Shown here: positions 8,333 through 15,841 of the stretch, piece by piece | Position numbering within the stretch: the first letter of the stretch is position 1 | Layout of the letters: each line of letters starts with the position of its first letter | Notes under the pieces: model-generated | The model's input: only the letters and a program-made list of their open reading frames with translations | The model's database searches: none | What the model was told of the DNA's origin: nothing | Made by a program: the position numbers and the translations under genes | Virus record (IMG/VR): IMGVR_UViG_3300000956_000011 | Span: 1,212 to 65,211 of that record | Length of the DNA: 64,000 nucleotides | Reading direction: 5' to 3' (one strand) | From: a virus

Positions 8333-9307
8333 TTAGTGGCTGCGGGGCTTGCGTGCGACCGCAGGCGCAGCGTTGCCCGCGAACTTGCAGCTGGGCATAC
8401 CGCCTGGGCGGTGCGAGCCCAGGCCATTGCAGAAGCAGACCGCCAGGGTGGCACCCTTGGCTACGGCCGCCACGCTTGCCGCAAGGTCGGCCTCCAAGTC
8501 GTCCGCTGTGGTGCCAACGGGCTCGCACTGCGCGCCAGGTGCCTCGCCCACCTGCACGTCCCGGGCAGCCTTCTCAGCCTTGATCTCGGCAATGGTGGCG
8601 GCCACCTCGTCCTCCGTGGGCTGCGGGGTGCTGGTGAAGCGCGCCCGGTTGCGCGCAAGCAGGATGGTGTCCTTGCACTGCGGGCAGTCAGTGTTCGGCT
8701 CGTCCGCGTGGTGCCCGTCGGCGTGCTCGTTTTCCAGGCCAGCCTGGTCGTAACACGTGACGCACATGTCCTCGTAGCCCCGTGACCCGTACACCTTGGC
8801 CGCGCTGTTGCGGGCAGTCACGCCCTTGCCACACACGGTGCACTTGCGGCCAGCGCGGGTGCTGGTCACGGGCTGCGGGTCAACCACCGGGGCAGGTGTC
8901 TCGTCCTCGTCACCGGCCAGCTCAACGACTTCCGCCTCGGTCTCGGTCCAGGCGGTGTCCCACACCGGGTTGCCCGCGCTGTCGAAGCTGAGCCCGTCCC
9001 AGTCACCGGACTCGATCTCTTCGGTCAGCTCCAGCCCTTCCAGGTACCGACGGATGGTGGCCGTGCTCACCCACAGCTCCCGCGCCACCGCCTGCACGCT
9101 GGCCCCGTCCATGTCCACCCGATCGCTGACGTACTCGGCGGCCTCGCGCAGCGTGCCGTCCAGCGGGTACAGCTCCAGGTGGCGCATGGTGCCGTTGGCG
9201 CGGACGCGGTAGGCGGTGAGCAGACCCTGCTCCAGCATGACGCGCGGGGTGCGGTACGGGCTGTCGGCCGTGAACTTGGCGTTGGGGGCCAGTGCGTACT
9301 CGGTCAT
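8333..9307 (-). CDS. HTH plus Zn-finger DNA-binding protein (324 aa)
   Basis: SVQAVARELWVSTATIRRYL is an HTH; CTVC...CVTC...H..GHH...CPQC; C-terminal CFC..H..C. Confidence 0.78.
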   Translation of the reverse strand: MTEYALAPNAKFTADSPYRTPRVMLEQGLLTAYRVRANGTMRHLELYPLDGTLREAAEYVSDRVDMDGASVQAVARELWVSTATIRRYLEGLELTEEIESGDWDGLSFDSAGNPVWDTAWTETEAEVVELAGDEDETPAPVVDPQPVTSTRAGRKCTVCGKGVTARNSAAKVYGSRGYEDMCVTCYDQAGLENEHADGHHADEPNTDCPQCKDTILLARNRARFTSTPQPTEDEVAATIAEIKAEKAARDVQVGEAPGAQCEPVGTTADDLEADLAASVAAVAKGATLAVCFCNGLGSHRPGGMPSCKFAGNAAPAVARKPRSH

Positions 9308-9357
9308 TGTGCTGCCTTCCGGTGTGGGGCTGGCCTGCCTGCCTGCCCTGCCCCATC

Positions 9358-9387
9358 AGCTTCTCACGCCTGGACGAGATCACGCAA
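9358..9387 (-). promoter_or_regulatory. putative promoter TTGCGT-N18-GAAGCT
   Basis: Near-copy of 7277-7306. Confidence 0.6.
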
Positions 9388-9451
9388 GGAATTTCTCGTT
9401 TCTCCAGGTCAGGGGCCGACTGCCGTAGCAGCCAGCCCCCGCCCGCCTACG

Positions 9452-9691
9452 TCACGCCTGCTTGCAGCCTGGCCAGAAGGTACCCACCTGGCACTTCGGG
9501 TAAAGATCGCTGGGGTGGCGCTCCGTGTCAGTGCGCACAGTACCCTGCTCGTCCGTGCACTTCATGGTGATCGTTGTGGTGTCGCGCGCGGTGATGTTGC
9601 ACGACTCGTTCTTTGCCTTGCCACCGCATTCGCTTGCCCCGGTTAAGACCAGGGCTGCGATGAAGGCGAGGGCGGGGACCGTGGATTTCAT
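9452..9691 (-). CDS. putative lipoprotein (79 aa)
   Basis: Signal peptide MKSTVPALAFIAALVLTGASEC ending in Cys; four further Cys. Confidence 0.68.
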   Translation of the reverse strand: MKSTVPALAFIAALVLTGASECGGKAKNESCNITARDTTTITMKCTDEQGTVRTDTERHPSDLYPKCQVGTFWPGCKQA

Positions 9692-9693
9692 TT

Positions 9694-9843
9694 CTACTTG
9701 TCCTCCGGGCAGATGTATTCTGTTTTGTCCAGGTCGTACGTGCAGTCACTTACGTCCTTCGGTTGGCACGCAGGCACCCTCGCCATGATCACTCCGATGA
9801 CGACGCAGGCTGCGGCCAGCCAGAAGAACACGCGGAACCCCAT
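9694..9843 (-). CDS. small membrane protein (49 aa), absent from the ORF track
   Basis: MGFRVFFWLAAACVVIGVIMARVPACQPKDVSDCTYDLDKTEYICPEDK; SD GAAAGG; abuts the lipoprotein start. Confidence 0.62.
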   Translation of the reverse strand: MGFRVFFWLAAACVVIGVIMARVPACQPKDVSDCTYDLDKTEYICPEDK

Positions 9844-9874
9844 GAATTGCCTTTCGATTGGAAACTACTACACA

Positions 9875-10726
9875 TCAGCCGTTCAGCTGACGGGTCTGTG
9901 TGGCCTGAACTTTCTTCCCGCCCAGGTCCGCGCGCTCGGCCGCAGCCTGTCCGGCTCGCCGACCAGCTTCGCTGTTGTCATCCCTGCGGTAACCGGCTTT
10001 GCCGACCTTGCCGACCTGTGCGGCCACATGGTCGTTAACCAGCGCGGTACGATCCCGCAGCACCAACGCAGTACCAGGCGTACCGGTCTCGGCCGCAGCC
10101 TCGTTGCGCTGACCTGCCTCCTTCAGTCGCGTGTACACGCGCCGGACCCAACCGTAGGCGTAGCTCACGCGCCAAGCCTGGATGCCCTCGACGTAAGAGC
10201 AGTACTTGTCTTCGTCCGCAGCCATCATCGTCTGCATCTGGAGTATCAGGCTGGTGTAGAGCTGGTTGATGAACCGCAAGTCGCCCTCGTGCGCGAACAC
10301 CCGCACGTAGGCTCGTCGGTTCAGCTTGCTGCCCTTGCCATCCTTGCGCGGCTGCCACTCACCCATCAGGATAGCGCGACCTCGATACAAGTCAGCAAGC
10401 CCAGCGATCAGTTCGCGCTTGGCCTTGATCAACGGGGTGTTCGACTCCCGGCAGAAGTCCGCGGAGACGATTTCTTCCGCGCTTTCGTTGCCCGCCTTGG
10501 CAAGCATGGCGTCTTCGATAGCGTACTTGAGCTGAAGAGCTGCGGCTTTGGCAAGGGCCTCGTCACGGGCTGCTTCGTCACCACGCTTAGCCGCTTGCTC
10601 GGCACCATCTAGTAGACCCTGGATGATACTGGCCATGCGCTCCAGCTTGGACCTCTCTGTCTTGGCCTTGGCCGCGCCAGACTCGTACTGGTCGTTGATG
10701 AACTGCGCGTGGTCGTCGTTGCTCAT
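9875..10726 (-). CDS. DUF2786-domain protein (283 aa)
   Basis: IIQGLLDGAE...EALAKAAALQLKYAI matches DUF2786; C-terminal G..AG..A..RADL. Confidence 0.75.
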   Translation of the reverse strand: MSNDDHAQFINDQYESGAAKAKTERSKLERMASIIQGLLDGAEQAAKRGDEAARDEALAKAAALQLKYAIEDAMLAKAGNESAEEIVSADFCRESNTPLIKAKRELIAGLADLYRGRAILMGEWQPRKDGKGSKLNRRAYVRVFAHEGDLRFINQLYTSLILQMQTMMAADEDKYCSYVEGIQAWRVSYAYGWVRRVYTRLKEAGQRNEAAAETGTPGTALVLRDRTALVNDHVAAQVGKVGKAGYRRDDNSEAGRRAGQAAAERADLGGKKVQATQTRQLNG

Positions 10727-10836
10727 GGGTTGCTGCCCTTCGTGTTGCTGCCTGGTCTTCGACCGCAGTCTACCGCATGGGACCCCTGTCGAACCTTCCA
10801 CGTTCTTGAAATGGAGGACTTACCAGTACATGCGAA

Positions 10837-10950
10837 GACCCCGGCACTGGGCGAGGCAGCAACAGAATCGCTCCAGTACCGGGGTCAACCGGCGACGCCT
10901 CCCGAGGGGCGCTGCGGCAGGTGGGCCAGGCAGGGCACCAGATGCCAGTA
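10837..10950 (-). ncRNA. candidate small regulatory RNA complementary to early-gene leader motifs (strand uncertain)
   Basis: Non-coding gap with an 18-bp hairpin (one G-U pair, one bulge) whose loop is UUCUGUUGCUGCC; upstream TGGCAT-N17-CATACT at 10982-10954. Confidence 0.5.
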
Positions 10951-10990
10951 ACCAGTATGCCTACTGACCGGCCGTCATGCCACTAGTCGG

Positions 10991-11374
10991 TCACAGTGGA
11001 GGCGCTTCTCCTCGGGTAACTTGCCCCACGGACACCTGTCGGGCGAATGGGTAACCCTTCTCCCCTTTGCCCACAACGAATCCGATGGCAGCCAGTCCGG
11101 CCAGAACCACCTCGATGGTCTCGGCCTGGGTCAGGCCGCCGGGAATCAAGACGTACAGAACGGGTAAACCGGCCGTCATGAAGGAGACGAAACCCTTGGC
11201 GTAATGGGAAACTCCTCCTTCCAGGTTGGGCACCAACCACACACCGAACGCCCCGACCGCCGTACCCGCGACGACGATCCATTCCTGGACGTCGATGGAT
11301 CCATCAGTGAGCGCTGCGTACACAGCTGTCAGAATGGCGACAGCCAACTGACCCCATGCCTTGATATTCTTCAT
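10991..11374 (-). CDS. holin (127 aa)
   Basis: Several TM helices; directly downstream of the endolysin. Confidence 0.75.
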   Translation of the reverse strand: MKNIKAWGQLAVAILTAVYAALTDGSIDVQEWIVVAGTAVGAFGVWLVPNLEGGVSHYAKGFVSFMTAGLPVLYVLIPGGLTQAETIEVVLAGLAAIGFVVGKGEKGYPFARQVSVGQVTRGEAPPL

Positions 11375-11389
11375 GAAGAAACCTTTCTG

Positions 11390-12298
11390 CTACGACGGAT
11401 CGCCCGGAATGGGTCCGCCGCCCGCATTCTCCCACGGCCAGAGCCCACCCACGAGGGGGATCTTGTCCACCCACGCTTGCGGGTGCTGCGTGACCTTCGC
11501 TCCGGTGGCCTCGGCCGCCTTCCACTCTTCCGCGTGAATGTGCCTGCGCTTCATGCCGTCGACAGTGGCCTCCACGAGGAACACTGCGTCGCCCCACGAA
11601 GTCGTTTGATGCGGAGCTGGCATCTTGGCCGTGTTGTCGCCCTTGATGTAGTACGTCTTCACTTCGTCTTCCTCCTGGATTGCTGGGGCTGTTGGTGAGG
11701 GCGTCGTGATCTGCATGAAGGAGAAGGCAGTGTCCATGAGGAATCCGCCCGGGTCCCAATGCTCATCACCGTAGGTCATGGCCCTGCCGGAATCGTCAAC
11801 ACCGGGTGCGTGTTGGTGACCCATCCATCCGCTGTAACTGCGCAGGGCTGCGGGTCGGAGGCGGATCGGGGAGGTTTTCTTCGCCAGCACAATTCCTTCG
11901 TCAGCGCGATAGAATCGCAAGTGCTGGCGCGGAACACCAACCAACTGCTCCAGTGGCTTGACCACGTCCTCGGCGAAGTTCGCGTAAGCCGTCATCGGCC
12001 AGTTGTGCGTCTGACTGGCGAAGCCCACGACCTCTATCTGAATGATGAACTCGTCATCCGTCTCACCATTCCGGAACGCGTAGCTGTATCGGTTGAGCGC
12101 CACGTACTGATGCCGGATGCGGCGGATGGGGTCGTAGCCCAGGTGCGGCGGATATGCCTTGTAAGCAGCTTCTGCGCCAGCGAGGCTCGTGCCCTCGGTT
12201 GTGTGCACGCAAGCCTTCGGATGACCCTGCTCGTCGTAGGAACCGCCGTCCGGGCCAAGATCGACGATGTCCCAATTCGGAATCCAAATGTCTTTCAT
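11390..12298 (-). CDS. endolysin, N-acetylmuramoyl-L-alanine amidase (Amidase_2-like)
   Basis: Zn-amidase motifs VHTTEG, PHLGY, QIEVVG, GHQHAP...HWDPG. Confidence 0.85.
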   Translation of the reverse strand: MKDIWIPNWDIVDLGPDGGSYDEQGHPKACVHTTEGTSLAGAEAAYKAYPPHLGYDPIRRIRHQYVALNRYSYAFRNGETDDEFIIQIEVVGFASQTHNWPMTAYANFAEDVVKPLEQLVGVPRQHLRFYRADEGIVLAKKTSPIRLRPAALRSYSGWMGHQHAPGVDDSGRAMTYGDEHWDPGGFLMDTAFSFMQITTPSPTAPAIQEEDEVKTYYIKGDNTAKMPAPHQTTSWGDAVFLVEATVDGMKRRHIHAEEWKAAEATGAKVTQHPQAWVDKIPLVGGLWPWENAGGGPIPGDPS

Positions 12299-12299
12299 C

Positions 12300-12947
12300 T
12301 CAATCCCTAACGCAGATGAGCCAGTATTGGTCGTCCCCGCCTGGGTCTCCAGGCTCGTCTACTCCATTCGGTCCGTAGTACTGGAAGACCTTCTGGCTGT
12401 AACCGGTCGGGCAAGCCGGTGAATTCTGTTGCTCCGGTTCCTGAACTTCTGGTTCTTGAATCTCTCCTTCCTGAACCTCGCTTTCCTGCTCCTCAGGGTC
12501 GTCCGGGTCCGGGTCGTCTATTTCGCTCTCCTGGATCTCCCCTTCCTGAAGTTCTGTTTCCTGAACCTCTGGGTCTTGAGACTCTGATTCCTGGGTCTCC
12601 CTATCTTGCTTTTCCGGGTCCTGGAGTTCCGGGTCGTTTGGGTCAGGATTGTCCACAACGCTCTGCAGAACTTCTGGAAGCTCGTTGCGCTTGGCAGCCT
12701 CGCAGTTCTGCCGAACGTCATTCGGAAGACGAGTGTTGCCCGCAGCTTCGCAGGCAGCCTTCATGGTCTGCTGAGCCTCTTGGACGTACACGTTGATGGC
12801 TCGCTGATCCCTGGCCAGAAATGCCCAGAGAACAAGTGCCATCAACACAGTCGCGGTAGACGTGAATATCAGTAGAGAATTTCTCCATACCTCACCCCGC
12901 TTCCTTTTGTGCAGCCTTTCAATTGCCTGGCCTGTTTCTTCACTCAT
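12300..12947 (-). CDS. lysis-cassette membrane protein with acidic pentapeptide repeats (215 aa)
   Basis: One TM helix (LLIFTSTATVLMALVLWAFLA), about 14 E-x-Q-[DE]-x repeats, C-terminal CP.GY...C domain. Confidence 0.75.
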   Translation of the reverse strand: MSEETGQAIERLHKRKRGEVWRNSLLIFTSTATVLMALVLWAFLARDQRAINVYVQEAQQTMKAACEAAGNTRLPNDVRQNCEAAKRNELPEVLQSVVDNPDPNDPELQDPEKQDRETQESESQDPEVQETELQEGEIQESEIDDPDPDDPEEQESEVQEGEIQEPEVQEPEQQNSPACPTGYSQKVFQYYGPNGVDEPGDPGGDDQYWLICVRD

Positions 12948-13266
12948 TGCCATCTCCGAGCCTAGGCAGGTCGATTCCTTTCTGGAGAACGAACCACCGT
13001 GTCCGAGCGAGCTCTTCCCGGGCTTTGTTGCGCTGCCTACGGTACTCCTCGGCCTCCTTCTCGGCCTCTTCAGCGCGCATCTCAGCGTTTCTAGTTCTTT
13101 CCTGCTGAGCTCTGTTATCGGCATCTAGCCGCTTTATCAATGTCTCTTCGGTTTCTATCTTTCCGCTTCGGACCGTTTTTATGACATTGATTATTCCTGC
13201 AATAGCGCCACCCGCACCAGCTCCGAAGAGCAGGGTGACCAGAACATTGATGTCAAGACCGCCCAC
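12940..13266 (-). CDS. membrane protein with coiled coil (holin-like accessory, 108 aa)
   Basis: N-terminal TM helix followed by a charged coiled coil; lysis cassette position. Confidence 0.7.
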   Translation of the reverse strand: MGGLDINVLVTLLFGAGAGGAIAGIINVIKTVRSGKIETEETLIKRLDADNRAQQERTRNAEMRAEEAEKEAEEYRRQRNKAREELARTRWFVLQKGIDLPRLGDGNE

Positions 13267-13654
13267 TGTTCACCCCTTGGTTGTCTATGGCTAGCCTTCT
13301 CAGCTCTGTCCATCTACCGAAGAAAGCTGTTCCGACCCCGCAGAAAATGCCCCCGATGGCAATTGCCGCCGAACTAGTACCGGCCACAAACAGAAGGATC
13401 CCGAAGATGTAACTCGACACGGACAACAGCGGGAGGCCGACAAGTTCGCCCGGCCATGTTCCCCGTACCTTTCCGAATAGACAAAGCCCACCGCCAAGTG
13501 TGAGAAATGAAGCCCAGGCGTACACGAGAATCTCTAGCAAGGTTCTTTGCAGTACCTGAGAGGGAGTGAAGAAAGCCACTATCCCAGCTAGGAAAAAGAA
13601 CAAATACGCTACAGACCAAGATATTCGTGCCGCTCTGCTACTTCGAGATATCAT
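13253..13654 (-). CDS. 4-TM membrane protein (133 aa)
   Basis: Four hydrophobic helices; lysis cassette position. Confidence 0.7.
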   Translation of the reverse strand: MISRSSRAARISWSVAYLFFFLAGIVAFFTPSQVLQRTLLEILVYAWASFLTLGGGLCLFGKVRGTWPGELVGLPLLSVSSYIFGILLFVAGTSSAAIAIGGIFCGVGTAFFGRWTELRRLAIDNQGVNSGRS

Positions 13655-13664
13655 CGTCCCCCCT

Positions 13665-15599
13665 CTACCCCTTCACTGAGAACCTACGACATTTGTGAGT
13701 CGTCGTGCTCTGCGCGTTCAACTTCACTCCGGCGAATTTACCGCCTGAGAAAGTGCTGTAATCAGCTGCACTCATCATGGCGCTGGGGAAAACTTGCCCG
13801 GCTCCCGAACTAGCCACAATCCACTGATCGTTCAGGTAGACCCAGATATACCGCTCTCGGCATATGATTCGGTACTTGACGTACTGGTTGAAAGGCAACG
13901 TGCGGATCCCGACGTTGTAATCGAAGGGAGCTCCGGGGCTATCTCCGTTACGCTCCAGTACGGTCGCGACGCCACTGACCACTTTGTACAAGCGATAGTT
14001 GACGCCTTGCCCCTCAATAGTGAAAATGAGATAAGTGCTAGCACTGACCATTCGGAAAATGATTCCGGCTCCCGACTGAATGGTGCCCGTGCCCCCACAA
14101 TTGATCTCTGCTTCCACTTCCATGTCATTCGTGTTCGTGTGCATGGCGATGAGATCTACGACGTTGTCTGCGCTTGCAGACTGCACTTCCCCGTCCGTGA
14201 CTGTAACTGCCCCAGCCAGCACATACCAGGGGTAGCCGAGAGACCCGTTATTCTGCTCGAAGTTCGTGGCGAAGATCTGAGTGTCCTCATTGCCCCACAA
14301 CGCACCTTGCTGATCCGGTAGCGCGCCGAAAGGTGTTACCGCACCAGCCTCCCCCACGTACGAAATAAATACCCGAGACTGAGTGCTGGCAGCTTCATTG
14401 CCCATGACCATGACCGCCGCGTCAGGGCTTACCTTGGCCATAGATGCGTATGTCATCCAACCGCCCGTATTCCACGCTGGCTCAACAAGACGAGGCGGAG
14501 ACCAGTTTGCCCCGTTGTCTCGGGAGGCTCGGATGAGCGCGTCGCCATTGGCGATGCTGCGGTACACGCAGGCGAGGGTGCCATCGTTCACCCAACACGT
14601 CGCAGGACGGCCACTGCCCGCGAACTTGGCTACGCCACCACTCCAGTTGGTGGTGTTGTCGCTCGTGGTACTGACGCCTATCTGACTGGCATTACCGTGC
14701 CTATAGGTCATGACCCCCGTCTGACCTTTCATGGTGATGTACGGCTCTTGCCGATGATCGCCAGCCGCCACACCATCCAGGATCTTCACCGGAGAGGCCC
14801 AGGTGGTTCCGCCATTGGTGGATTTCACTGTGTAGCAAGATTCCCAGGTCTCGCCAGAGTTTTGCTTGCCGTAGAAAGGAACAACTAAAGTTCCGTTGTC
14901 TAGCTCCACGCACGGCGCAGAACACGCAGCAAGGAAATAAAGCTCCACACGAACTTCAGCGCTCCAAGTGACGCCCTCGTCAGTGCTGTACCGAAAGAAC
15001 ACGCCTGCGCCTGCGTTGCCGGAGACAGCCTTGAAGTACGTGATGTAGATCTTGGTGCCGTCCCGACTGACGGAGATCTGTGGGTCTCGAAAGTCAACCC
15101 CTGAGATACCGTTCCACAAAAGGAAGGAGGTCGACCACGTCTTGCCCATGTCCGTACTTGTGGCCGCCCGGAAAGCCCCATCAATGCTCGTGTGGCTTGT
15201 CCCTACCCGCCACACCATCAGCATCTTGTTGTTTGTCAGCACTACTACACCCGGGAACGCAGAGTGGTTAGTGTCGCCACTGTACGGCCTAATAGGACGA
15301 TACGACCGAACCGTGCCAGCCCCAGCCGCGCCAGTGTTCTCATAGCGCCAGGCGGTGGCTGCGTTAACCCCGGAGGGGTTGATGATGTTCTGCTTGGTGT
15401 CCGTTTCGTAGGCCTGAATACCTGGAAACAAATTTGTGGTCGGACGAGTCGCAGAAGTGCAGATGATCCGACCGACGGCACTGTCGAACGCGTTTAGCGC
15501 TGCGTTCATTTTTCCTTGCAGTGCAGTAGTTGGGGACGAACCGGCCAGTGTGTCCGTCCCCTCCACGTGAGTGAGACCGAGGCGGGAAGTGGTGGTCAT
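13665..15599 (-). CDS. tail fibre/receptor-binding protein with BNR (Asp-box) sialidase-like propeller
   Basis: Asp-boxes STDMGKTW, STDEGVTW, STNGGTTW, SRDNGANW; N-terminal TSATRP...GIQAYETDT fibre adaptor; C-terminal lectin-like beta sandwich. Confidence 0.8.
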   Translation of the reverse strand: MTTTSRLGLTHVEGTDTLAGSSPTTALQGKMNAALNAFDSAVGRIICTSATRPTTNLFPGIQAYETDTKQNIINPSGVNAATAWRYENTGAAGAGTVRSYRPIRPYSGDTNHSAFPGVVVLTNNKMLMVWRVGTSHTSIDGAFRAATSTDMGKTWSTSFLLWNGISGVDFRDPQISVSRDGTKIYITYFKAVSGNAGAGVFFRYSTDEGVTWSAEVRVELYFLAACSAPCVELDNGTLVVPFYGKQNSGETWESCYTVKSTNGGTTWASPVKILDGVAAGDHRQEPYITMKGQTGVMTYRHGNASQIGVSTTSDNTTNWSGGVAKFAGSGRPATCWVNDGTLACVYRSIANGDALIRASRDNGANWSPPRLVEPAWNTGGWMTYASMAKVSPDAAVMVMGNEAASTQSRVFISYVGEAGAVTPFGALPDQQGALWGNEDTQIFATNFEQNNGSLGYPWYVLAGAVTVTDGEVQSASADNVVDLIAMHTNTNDMEVEAEINCGGTGTIQSGAGIIFRMVSASTYLIFTIEGQGVNYRLYKVVSGVATVLERNGDSPGAPFDYNVGIRTLPFNQYVKYRIICRERYIWVYLNDQWIVASSGAGQVFPSAMMSAADYSTFSGGKFAGVKLNAQSTTTHKCRRFSVKG

Positions 15600-15832
15600 T
15601 TGCTCTTCTCCTTCTGCTGGCCAGGTGCAGCCGCCGACCGGCCTCGTAGCTCGCGTGGTAATCCGGTATCGAAAATGAACGGGTCAAGTCTGGTGAACGT
15701 CATGAGCTCTTCGCCGACTTCATAGCCGTCATTGAGCAAGTGCGCATAGGTCTCGTCGTCCACGGCAATGCGAAATTCCTGACCCTGCTTGAAAAATTGA
15801 ACGAGAGTCTCTGTCCCATCAGGAATGTACAT
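15596..15832 (-). CDS. hypothetical tail-associated protein (78 aa)
   Basis: SD GAGGAGGG; overlaps the next gene by 4 bp. Confidence 0.65.
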   Translation of the reverse strand: MYIPDGTETLVQFFKQGQEFRIAVDDETYAHLLNDGYEVGEELMTFTRLDPFIFDTGLPRELRGRSAAAPGQQKEKSK

Positions 15833-15841
15833 TGTCCCTCC

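Noticed and set aside
10769-10794. TCGACA-N14-TAGACT as the promoter for the DUF2786 gene
   Set aside because: The -10 looks good but the 14-bp spacer does not fit a sigma70-type promoter, so it was not annotated.
12420-12620. 15-bp periodic repeats that could resemble a CRISPR or VNTR array
   Set aside because: They are degenerate in-frame codon repeats of the pentapeptide protein, with no unique spacers.
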